Positions 54,640 to 64,000 of a stretch of DNA of 64,000 nt are shown here, piece after piece (position 1 is the first letter of the stretch; each line of letters starts with the position of its first letter). The DNA lies in assembly GCF_009914755.1 (NCBI RefSeq), contig NC_060943.1; one strand, written 5' to 3'. The position numbers and the translations under genes are program-made. This DNA is from the human T2T-CHM13v2.0 reference genome, Homo sapiens. The notes below the pieces were generated by a model. That model made no database searches. It was not told the origin of the DNA and saw only the letters and a program-made list of their open reading frames with translations.

Positions 54640-54860
54640 ACACTTGCCAAGCTCTGGGCTATGTACTCTGCCTTCATTATTTCATATTAACTCTTAGTTA
54701 ATACAGTTTAAATATCTGTGAAGATACCTATTATTGCCTTCAATTTCTAGATTAGGAAACCCACTGCAAGGGGTTAAAAAAGTTGCCTAAGTCCTCAAAA
54801 ATAGCGTCAGGATTAGAGTCTGAGTTCAGGCCCATCTCTATCCAAAGCAGTGCTTTTAAT
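54640..54860 (-). mobile_element. MIR
   Basis: tagattaggaaacccactgcaaggggttaaaaaagttgcctaagtcc. Confidence 0.55.
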
Positions 54861-55599
54861 AAGGTAGATTTCTCATGTTAGTCTTTTTCTTCTAATTAAT
54901 CTGTAAGTTTCTCCCCCTGCTGTTTGGATATTTACACCTCTCTTGTTCATGGGGCTTATCCCTGGGCTGAGTAGAAACTTGTTGAATTAGGTTAAAATCC
55001 TGAAGTCATCCTAAGCTGCTAAGGAAAGTTACTTTTCCCAGAAACCTATAACCTCTCTTGGGAGCTCCTTATCTCTTTCCTCAAAGCAGGGAATATGCAT
55101 GAACAAGACATTTAATTACTCCTCGTGATCAGCTCCTACATTCTGTAATAATTATCTTTGGCGATGTTATCTTGAGTCCCCTGGGTGGTATGGACATTAT
55201 GAACCATTAGAGGCTGTTCTGAAAGCTGGCCATCAGTCTGATTCATATTAGGCCAATTACTTTTACTAAAATTAAAATTTGTCAAGGATAGCTTGATCAT
55301 GAGTCCTGGCAGCTAAAAGGAGCCCTTTAACCAGCCATGAAGCACTCTTTGGCAGAAGCACAGTGATTTCATCTCAAGCTGAAGGTCTGGTTCTTAGTGA
55401 AACTACCAGAGATCAAAGGGACCAACTTCCCTGGATTTGTCACCTTGGACAAAAGCCCTGGCTCCCGGTAACCACTCCCGCTGGAATCACGCAGTCAGTC
55501 ATTGCTTAGTTCTCTTCTATGGCACTCAGAGGTCCTCAATAGAGACAAAGACCAGCTCATGGACTCAGCAATCATGGGTTTTATGGTGTAGTTGGTATA

Positions 55600-56626
55600 A
55601 CAAATCTATGTGTTACCCACACAACACACATTCCCATGTTTCACTTGCCAATAGAATCCCAGTTTTGCTAGGAGCAGCAACAGGACGTGCTAAAAAATAA
55701 TTATTTTCCCAGCCACCTTTTCAAGAAAGCTGGTCATATGACCTAGACATTAAAGAGACCTAAAAGGAAGTCTGCTTCTAGCTTTCTGGGAAATTTTTCT
55801 TTTCTGACAACAACAACAACAACAACGACAAAATGCATGTGCTTCCCGTTTTCTTTTGTCTTCTCCCTTCTGCTGCATGGAGTAAGCATGCACTTGCTGA
55901 AAGTGCAGCTGAGACAGGCCGGCTGGCTGATTTCCTATTTTGACATGGGCTAATGTTAAAGGATAAAAGCCCTTCACTCAAACTCTGGCTCATCTAACCC
56001 TCAGGCAATCAGTACAAAAGACCTGGGAACCTATTGACAGCAAATTTCTATCAGGGGGCTAAGGGCTTTCCTCAAGTACTGCGTGTGCAGTCAGACTTAA
56101 GCTCCAGCCTAAAGTTACTCTTTCCTCATCATGATGCTAAAATTCATGCCCAGAGTGGAGATTTAGAATGCTAATACTACATGCAATGCATAAAGAAACG
56201 TGCTGAGCCACTGTGCAAGCACTGGACAAACTCCTAGACACACCCTGACATAACCCTTCCCTATAAAAGACCCTATAAGGCTGAACTACACAGTCTCCTT
56301 GGGGGCCACCGCTCTTTTTTCCTGTCTCACGCTGGCTCCCCATTGCACAAGGTAATAAACTCTCCTTTATTGCCACGTCTTTCTTGACTTCTATCCTGGG
56401 AAATGGAAAAAACCCAGGGCACCAGTCTCATCTGCCACCCTGCAAACATGAGATGATCAACTTAAAAATGAAATCTGACCTGGTTAAGAATGGAAGAACG
56501 GAACTGTAAAAAGACGCTGGGTCCTTGGAGACACGGGAGCTGTTGCACAGCGTTGTGTGGCCCTCCTTTGAGCTAGGTTGAGGAAGTTAGGTTTCATGTC
56601 ACTTACTGCTGAAAGTAACAGGTACA
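55600..56626 (+). mobile_element. MLT1J-like MaLR LTR, split by an ERV1 LTR
   Basis: aatagaatcccagttttgc...ttctgggaaa / aagaatggaagaacgg...ctgggtccttg. Confidence 0.55.
55910..56430 (+). mobile_element. ERV1-type solo LTR (MER83/84/87-like; subfamily uncertain)
   Basis: Terminal inverted repeat tgagac...gtctca, TATAAAA at 56262, AATAAA at 56354. Confidence 0.75.
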
Positions 56627-56686
56627 GTTGCAAAGACAACCAAAGAAAGATACATAATGACCCCAGCTGAGCAGGAGCATGAAACA

Positions 56687-56764
56687 GTGTGATGGGTGGT
56701 TCTATCTAAAGACCACTCAGGTCTGGTGTGGTGGGTGGTTCTATCTAAAGACCACTCAGGGCTG
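56687..56764. repeat. 39-bp tandem duplication
   Basis: gtgtgatgggtggttctatctaaagaccactcaggtctg x2, 2 mismatches. Confidence 0.92.
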
Positions 56765-57449
56765 TGGCCGAGGATGGAAGGCAAATGAGATCAGCATGGG
56801 CTGAGAATTCTCTCTGCCCGCACCCTTCACAGCATGTCTTCATTCTCACGTGTGGAGCACCTGCTGTGCTTATGTGTCAGGCACTGGCTGTGTGATGCTA
56901 TAAATATAATACGACTATTACATGGTTGCTTGAAAACATGAATATTTGTAGGTTCGGTATTTCCTAAGTACCCATGTCCCACTGCCGGCCATCCAGGCCA
57001 TGTGAGCCTCCCCCCACCGAGCCCCTGAAGAGGGCTCCTTGCTGCACTGGCCGGCACACATCACCACGCTGAGCATGGGGCAGAAAGGTCCCGAGGAGAA
57101 GGGCTCACGAGATGCCACCCAAGGGCATTGTATGCTGTTGCTGTAAAGGCCCAGTTCTCACCTTGTGTCACTTGGCCTCATCGTCACATTCTCTGGCTGA
57201 CCTTTCTGTAATAAATATGTTTCCGAAATTTTATGTTAAGCTGATTTACATTTTACATATGCTATGATGGTTTCCAATTTTACTATTATAATCAATCCTG
57301 AGTCTAAACTTTTCTGTAAAGTGATTACTTTCTCCATTTATCTGATTGTTGGAACTAGATAATCGATTATCAAATTTTTATGCAAAATGAAAAAATCAGA
57401 GATAATGTCAATAAAATATCACGGAAAATGCACCTGTGATGAAGTTACC

Positions 57450-58055
57450 AGCATGTCCCTAAAACCTGCTCTACCCACAGCTGTTACTTCCTAGCTGATG
57501 GGAAGTCCTCCTTCCAGGTATGTAGGCCAAAAGGAAAAAAGTGCTGTTCTAAACACGCATCTTTCCCTTACAGCCACATTCAATCCTTTAACAAACACTG
57601 TTGCTCCTGCTTCCAGAATGCACACAGAATCTGAGCTCCTCTCGCCACTTCCCTGCCACGACCCTGCTCCAAGCCACCATCATCTCTTAACTGAATTATT
57701 GCATCAGCTTCCTCACGGATATCCTGTTCCCACATTTACCTCCCCGCAGTCTATCATCCACCACAAGGATCCCCCAGGTCACTGTTGTGCTCACAACCTC
57801 CAAAGGCCCCTGCCTCTCTGGAGCAAAAGCCAAAACCCCACCCAACCAGTGGCCAACATGACCCACGTGTCTCTCTGCGGGCTCTCCCGGGGCTCTCCCT
57901 GGGCTGCCTCCTGCCTGGCTGGCTCCACCACACTGGCCTCCAGCTGCTCCTTGGGGCCTGTGCTCTGGCCACTGCCTCTTCCTGGAATGCTCTCCCCTCC
58001 GGATGTCTTCATGGTTCACTGCCTCTCTTCCTCACCTCTGTGTTCATGTGTCATA
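57450..58055 (+). mobile_element. L2 (L2a-like)
   Basis: ccaagccaccatcatctct...tgcctcttcctggaatgctctcccctccggatgtcttcatggttcac. Confidence 0.75.
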
Positions 58056-58289
58056 TTCCGGGCTATGGGTTGGACAGGACCAGGGTGTACATGGGGAGGC
58101 TGGATGGGAGGGCCCTAGTCGCCTCTGCTCCCCATTTTCTTAAACCAGAGCAGCTTCACTTTTGTGGGCCTCATATACTGGAGTTTCACATACGATTTTA
58201 TTTGAGCAAAGGATACTAACTACTGTCTCAACAGAAAGCTTGAAAAACCACCAGATCGAAAGGGGCATGGCAGGTGGTTGGGAGTCTTG

Positions 58290-59130
58290 TTAGATATTGT
58301 TGATGTATTTGTGGGAAATGATAATGTGTGGCCCAGGATAGTGGGGGAAATGAAACAGATGGCCTTGGGAAACACTGTTGAGGGTGAATTTACCAAGCAT
58401 GTTTATTGATTGGCTGTGGAAACCAACAAGTATCTGAGGCGGGTCTCAATCAAATCAAAAGTTTTTTTTGTCAAGGTTAAGAACATGCCTGGAAGAAAGG
58501 ACTACGGGATCCCAGAAACAGCCTGTAGTCTGTGCCCTTCTCCAGAGTTGACTTTGAGGGCTTCAATATTTTAAAAGGGAAAGTGGGTTGGAGGGAAAAG
58601 AGGGAGGGCATGGTCACATTACTGAATCCACATGTTGCAAGGGAAAAGGAACAGGTGGGGAAATAGTCAATCATGCATCCTTCCTGCACTCAGTAAATCG
58701 GCACTTTACACAGACAAGGTGAACGCAGAGTAGAGATATTAATAGTTAGCCTTTTATCTGTAGCTCTCTGCTTAGGAAGAAAAGAAAAGGCAGCTTCTTG
58801 CATGACTCAGCTTTCAGCTAATTTTTCCTTTTGGCAGGGTGCATTGGGGTCCCGAGATTTTATTTTCTTTTCATGGTTGTGGGACAGGAGAAAGAATTAG
58901 GGATGCTCTTTGCCTCTGACATGAATACTGGATATGTGGTGATTGTTCATGCCAGATACGCAGGTATCTTAGATGAGAAATTCATTTTTATTGAGTTTCG
59001 GGTGTTTGAGACAGTCCCAAGAAAACTATTTTCATTTCCTGGCTGTCAGGAAATAAAAATGTTTTTATTTCCAGTCAGTTTCAGGGATAAGGTGAGAGAC
59101 AAGGTCAGATAGGACCAGGGATTAAGTAGT
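58290..59130 (-). mobile_element. L2 fragment, split by MER4
   Basis: attgagtttcgggtgtttgagacagtccca... continues across the LTR. Confidence 0.5.
58415..58873 (-). mobile_element. MER4-family (MER4B/D-like) ERV1 solo LTR
   Basis: ggtctcaatcaa...caaggttaag...tttgagggcttcaatatttt...ttttattttcttttca; TSD tggc / tggt. Confidence 0.85.
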
Positions 59131-59329
59131 CATCATAAATAATAGTGGCTGCCATTTGTCGAGGGCCGGGTGTATGATAGGCGTCGTATTAAACACTTCC
59201 TCTCATAAGGAATTAAAATGACATTATAAACATAAAGAGTGTTTGTTCATGTCGTATTTCTGTTCTTCTCATTCACTTAAGTTAGTGAAAAGTGGGATAT
59301 GCATGATGAAAGAGATGCTTCATAGAAAT

Positions 59330-59682
59330 GGTGGGCAAAGGAGCTGCGGGGCCTCTGGGAGGAACTAGAAGCAGCCCCCGCACACCCTTAGCCCCGCTTT
59401 GCCATCTCTTGCCCGTCCTCCTCTTGAAAGATCCTCTTCGCCCTGCTCTCCAGCTGCACCGCAGCCTGCCCTGGGCCTCACCTCCTTCAGTGGAATCAGC
59501 GCGCCCAGGAAGACCGAGCCCCTGTTGCCCAGCAGCGGTCACCTGGTGACGAACACACCCTTTTTTGTCTTTCTTTCCTCCATGTCTCACTGTCCCACTG
59601 CCTCATCGTACTTCTCTGGAGGCTACCTCCACCCAAATTATTGTTTCAGGGTCTGCTTTGCGAGAGAACTTAAAATAAGGCA
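59330..59682 (+). mobile_element. LTR16-like ERVL LTR fragment
   Basis: tgtctcactgtcccactgcctca...tcagggtctgctttgcgagagaacttaaaataaggca terminus. Confidence 0.5.
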
Positions 59683-59960
59683 GAGAATGTGAGGGAAGTT
59701 TCTTGGACTGTGCAGACAGACCAGAGAAAAACAAAGAGGCCAGAAAACAGAGAGCGGAGGCCAAGACCTTCTGCTTCCCGAGGGACGCGGCGCCCTCCGG
59801 CGTAGCCTGAGGGGCATTAGCATCTTCGCAGTCACTAACCACGGTCATCCATCTCCTGCCTCCGCGCAGCTCCCACAGACAGCCTGAACGGAACCTGTTA
59901 ATTACGCTCCCAATCAGTCCATAGATCAAACGTACAAACGAGCAGCCCGTTCCTTCCTTA
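59340..59960. promoter_or_regulatory. CpG-rich patch with CTCF-like motif (candidate insulator/enhancer)
   Basis: About 29 CpG counted in ~620 bp; gcgccctccggcgt at 59790-59803. Confidence 0.45.
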
Positions 59961-60062
59961 TTATTATTGCCACTGCCACACTCCTGCCCATAATCCCTGG
60001 CCCACAGCCAGGTCTTTGTGTTGTTTTGAAACCAGCAAAAGCAACAGCATGAATCTTCTGTT

Positions 60063-60066
<4 letters not shown>

Positions 60067-60118
<52 letters not shown>
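60067..60118. repeat. (CA)26 microsatellite
   Basis: Perfect run, read directly. Confidence 0.98.
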
Positions 60119-60120
<2 letters not shown>

Positions 60121-60667
60121 CACTCCACTAGGCTATTTTTATTTCCTGGCTGACAGTCCTTTTATCATCTCCAGTGGGTAAGAAATTAATTGGGGGCTTG
60201 AAAATACAATTTTTCTATAGGTGATTACTGTAAACCACTGGGCTGCCTTGCAGAGAGGGGACTGTTTCCATCTCAGGCTAGGAAAACTTGGTGCATTTTT
60301 TGCATTATTTCTAAGACATCATTTCCCAATTACCTTTGAAATGCTTCACTGGCAACCCTCCAAAACAAGCCCTCTCCTTGCTAACAGGGTACATGGGGGA
60401 GTTCTCCACATCATTTAGAGAGCCTTATATGCACAATCTCCCCTGACACAAGCACTCCCTGAAGGATTAGCGAGCAGCCACTTGGACTAATAACAATTCC
60501 CCAATATCACAGGTGAATAATTACCAGCTCTTCTTCTCTAAAAATGGGGAAATAAAAGAAGATGGGTAGGACAGAGGTACCCAGAAGAAGAAAGAGAGGA
60601 AACAGGACTAGTTTCATTTTTTTAAAAGAGCATTAGGTTAGAATTTCACCTTCAGTTTAACCTAAAA

Positions 60668-60800
60668 CTATCTGTATCTGTATCTCTATCTCTATCTCTG
60701 TTCTCTCTATCTCTCTCTCTGTCTCTCTCAATAGATGATAGATACAGCTATATTTTAATATCTCCCTATTTCTCTCTTTTTTCCTATCTCTCTATCTTTC
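60668..60800. repeat. (TATC/TC)n low-complexity tract
   Basis: Read directly. Confidence 0.75.
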
Positions 60801-61458
60801 TCAGATAATGTTTCCAGTTTATCTTCAATGTGACATTTCCATAAATTGACGGGGCTCACAGGGTTTACAACAAAGGCATGTAATAAGCCCTGCAAATACT
60901 GGGGAGTCAAGATTCACACACCTTGAGTAATTGGGGCACCACAGAGCAGAATATGTAATCAAGTACAAAATGTTGTGAGCACAACAACAATTACACAACA
61001 AGTACAATCAAGTTGTGAGCAGGAAGTATTTCTGGAAAGGGAGAGATAAAGGAGGGAGAGGGGATAACAATCTCTGGACACTAGTCTTGGAAGCTCCCAC
61101 CCTACGCAGGCTGTGACAGGCTCCTCATGACCCCACCAGTTAAGGCCTTGTTGGGTAACACTCATTCCTAAAAAGCTCCACCTTATCTTGAACTGAAAAC
61201 TGGCTCCTAAAAGCCTTGTTTCTTCTTCCCTCTGAAGCCTCGGAACACTGAGTTTCTTTCTTATTCCTCAAGATATATGAAGGTAGTTCTTCCAAACTCT
61301 CAAGTCTTTAATGACCTCTAATTTTCTGACTCTAAAAAATCTTTTTTAAAGAAAAGGATCAGATTAATGTCACTCTACATTTAATTTTTTAAAAGGCATT
61401 TTCAAATGAAAGAAGCCAGACATAGTTTAGGATTTACGCTTGACAAAACCAAGCCCAA

Positions 61459-61977
61459 CTCAAGAGAACTGAAAGCAGAGACTCAAACCTGTGTTTGCAC
61501 ACCGGCATTTACAGCAGCATTATTCATTGCAGGCAAAAGGTGGAAACAGCCCAAATTGATGGAAGAATGGATAATCAGAATGTGGTACACGAATACGACA
61601 GAATATTATTCACCTAAAACAGGAATGAAATTTTGACACATGCTACAAAATGGATGAGCCTGGAAAACATTATACTAAGTGAAATGTCAGACACGGAAAA
61701 ATACTGTATCATTGCATTCACATGACCTACCTAAATAGTCTAATAAAAAACACAGAAAGGAGTGGGGTGGTTGCCAGGGGCTGGGGCAAAGGAAATAAGG
61801 AGCTATTGTTTAATGGCATGGACTTCCAGTTGGGATGATGAAAAGGTTCTATAGATGGGTAATACTGGTGGTTGTACGACAATGTGAGTATACTTAATGC
61901 CATAGAAGTGTACACTTAAACAGGAAAAATGGTTCAAATGATACATTTCTGTTGCAAATATTTCACCACCACCACAG
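61459..61977 (+). mobile_element. L1MB3/4-type 3' fragment
   Basis: gaaagcagagactcaaac...cttaatgccatagaagtgtacacttaaa; TSD aaaaccaagcccaa / aaaacaagtccaa. Confidence 0.85.
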
Positions 61978-62656
61978 AAAACAAGTCCAATGTCTACTCA
62001 CTGACTTCCCCAGCCCCTCCCAGTAAAGTTTTCTGAATTACTTGCAGTCAATTCAGACTATACCAGATGAAGTGTTTCTGATCATCCCCTTGGCTCTTTG
62101 TAGAAGCAAATACCCAGAATGGCCATGTCACAGCTCCCATATGTTCTCCCACGTCCCCTGCCACATATGGTGACACATGGCCACGGACTGCAGGCCCGAA
62201 GGTTATTTTCATCATGGCAGTGTTCCTCTTTGGCCCACATCCCTAACCTGGGATCAAGTTACTGTGGTCTGGGTCAAAGCTGGCAGCCCACAAGGTTTTA
62301 TAGAGAGATGCTGGAGTATTGAGATGCCAGAGCAGGACTGAAGTTAAAACATTACACAGGAGGCCAGAGGAAAAAAAAGGGATTTGTCCAAAATCACAGA
62401 AGAGAAATGAGATTATTTTCAGTCACACTCAGGAGCTTGCTGATCCTGACAATAACCCTGACGCTGTGCTTGGCAATGCCCTCTCATCGGGGGCATCGGG
62501 GGCTAAGCACAGAAGGCACATGTTCCTGAGTGTTGTCTGCATCGATGTGGTTACATGATTCCAGATGGAAACAAATAATCTATTCTTTAATAATCTGCCC
62601 TCTTTTAAGACTGGCCCTACTTGATCTCCTGTCCCCACTTAGAAGCTCACACCCCA

Positions 62657-62776
62657 GCTGCTCAGGAGAATGGCGTGAACCCGGAAGGCGGAGCTTGCAG
62701 TGAACAGAGATCGCGCCACTGCACGCCAGCCTGGGTGACAGAGCAAGACTCCGTCTCAAAAAAAAAAAAAAAAAAA
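62657..62776 (+). mobile_element. 5'-truncated AluY
   Basis: Y diagnostics gaatggcgtgaacc and gagcttgcagtg; exact 16-bp TSD agaagctcacacccca at 62641-62656 and 62777-62792. Confidence 0.95.
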
Positions 62777-62884
62777 AGAAGCTCACACCCCACCCCAGAG
62801 CAGCTCCATCAGGAAGAAGTTATACACTTCTTGTATAACTTCCTGGATTATAAAATGTGGCAGCTGCCTGCCGATACAGTGCAA

Positions 62885-63200
62885 ATGAATGCAAATCAGT
62901 TGCCAAATGAAATTGGAAAAATCTTGCACCTTCTATAAGATTTGCAAAGTCAGTGAAAGTGACAAGGGAAATGCCTTGAATCCCACGCAAATCACTGACA
63001 AATGAGGATAACGCAGAGTTACGGTAGTTAGTGCAGAAGAAAAAACCACAAAGCGATGATTTGACCACAGGCAAGCTTCAGAAGCAAAAGAGGCCTGCAG
63101 GAGCTCTTGGAAAAAATGGAAAAGTCTTCAAACATTTGGCTGAGGAGATCCTCCTAGGACTGTAGTTACGAGTTAGGCAGTTGTTAATAAGACTTTCAGA
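62885..63200 (+). mobile_element. Ancient Tigger/pogo-like transposase C-terminal fragment
   Basis: Translation with frameshifts gives KVSESD..CLESH..SLTNEDNAEL..EEDP, resembling the Tigger LLESH.EELTNEDL.EL region. Confidence 0.5.
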
Positions 63201-63280
63201 AAAATTGATTTGTTCTGTAGTACATGATTGCAACTAAAACAAAGATTGTTTTAAACATAAGATAAAATAAACAAGTGTTT

Positions 63281-63439
63281 TTTTTCAACTTATATTTGAA
63301 GTTCAGGGACACATGTGCAGGACGTGCAGGTTTGTTACATAGGCAAATGTGTGCCATGGTGGTTTGCTACACAGATCACCCCATCCCTAGGTATTAAGCC
63401 CAGCATCTATTAGCTATTCTTCCTGAGGCCCTCCCTCCC
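63281..63439 (-). mobile_element. L1PA10-13-type 3' terminus
   Basis: acatgtgcaggacgtgcaggtttgttacatagg...; exact TSD acaagtgttt at 63271-63280 and 63440-63449. Confidence 0.9.
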
Positions 63440-63854
63440 ACAAGTGTTTAATCAAATCTTTTTTATTAAACTTATTATGAAATATTGTTCCATTTTAAAT
63501 GGATTCCCTTTTAAAAGACCTTTTCTAGTGCTGCTAGCCTGACAAGTGAGCCCACTGTGTGTGTTGTGTACGTGCGTGTGTGCGTGTGTGTTTGCACGCT
63601 TACACATCTTCCTGTGTGCAGCCTGCATGCAGCAGTCCCCTTGCCTTCCAGCCACATACCGTCAAGACATGGGCTGAGGTTACCGGCTGCATGTTATATT
63701 GAACAAATTAGCAAATGAAGCTGGTATCCACACAGTGCCATTTCTCAGTCACCATCCCCAGAAGAGTATTTTGTATTTTATTTCCAGGAATGGGGCATAA
63801 GTTCACAGGAATACTTTCCCCTCCTCCCCCAGTGTTCCTTAAAAAAATCATGCT

Positions 63855-64000
63855 TTGTGTTTGTACCTTGCACTTTCAGCTTTGCTGAAGGGCTTACCTG
63901 GCATTATCCATTTTTACCCCACAACAACCTTGTGAGAGTTTCCAGCAGGAGGTATCAGCCCCATCAGACAGGCCGAGGTAAAGAAAGGCTCTGTCCAGCA
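63855..64000 (-). mobile_element. MIR fragment
   Basis: ccccacaacaaccttgtgag...cccatcagacaggccgaggtaaag. Confidence 0.5.

Noticed and set aside
57498-58118. 206-aa ORF
   Set aside because: Lies within a decayed L2 3' region; no recognisable host protein similarity.
59603-60115. 170-aa minus-strand ORF beginning with a CV repeat
   Set aside because: Starts in the (TG)n microsatellite with no ATG.

Overview
This is primate (human-like) non-coding genomic DNA, intergenic or deep intronic, and mostly transposon-derived. It contains about 20 Alu/FLAM/FRAM copies, L1 of many ages, L2, MIR, CR1/L3, MaLR, ERV1 and ERVL solo LTRs, hAT and Tigger fossils, and microsatellites. I found no protein-coding exon, RNA gene, processed pseudogene or CRISPR array; the longer ORFs in the track come from Alu, L1 5' repeats, L2 or a 60-bp minisatellite. 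I did not find a convincing new biological system. The best leads are: (1) a 54-bp A-tailed, TSD-flanked retrocopy resembling the promoter-proximal hairpin of a MER66-type LTR, a full example of which lies at 50304-50786; (2) a 170-bp locally templated insertion in the loop of a reconstructed hairpin; (3) a 16-unit minisatellite inside an L1 5' end with an exact 167-bp higher-order duplication; (4) an L1 with a short 3' transduction and another with a twin-priming inversion; (5) several repeat-free, motif-dense islands and a CpG-rich patch with a CTCF-like site that look like regulatory elements. Repeat subfamily names come from recalled consensus sequences and need RepeatMasker/Dfam confirmation. 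Boundaries of old elements are approximate.
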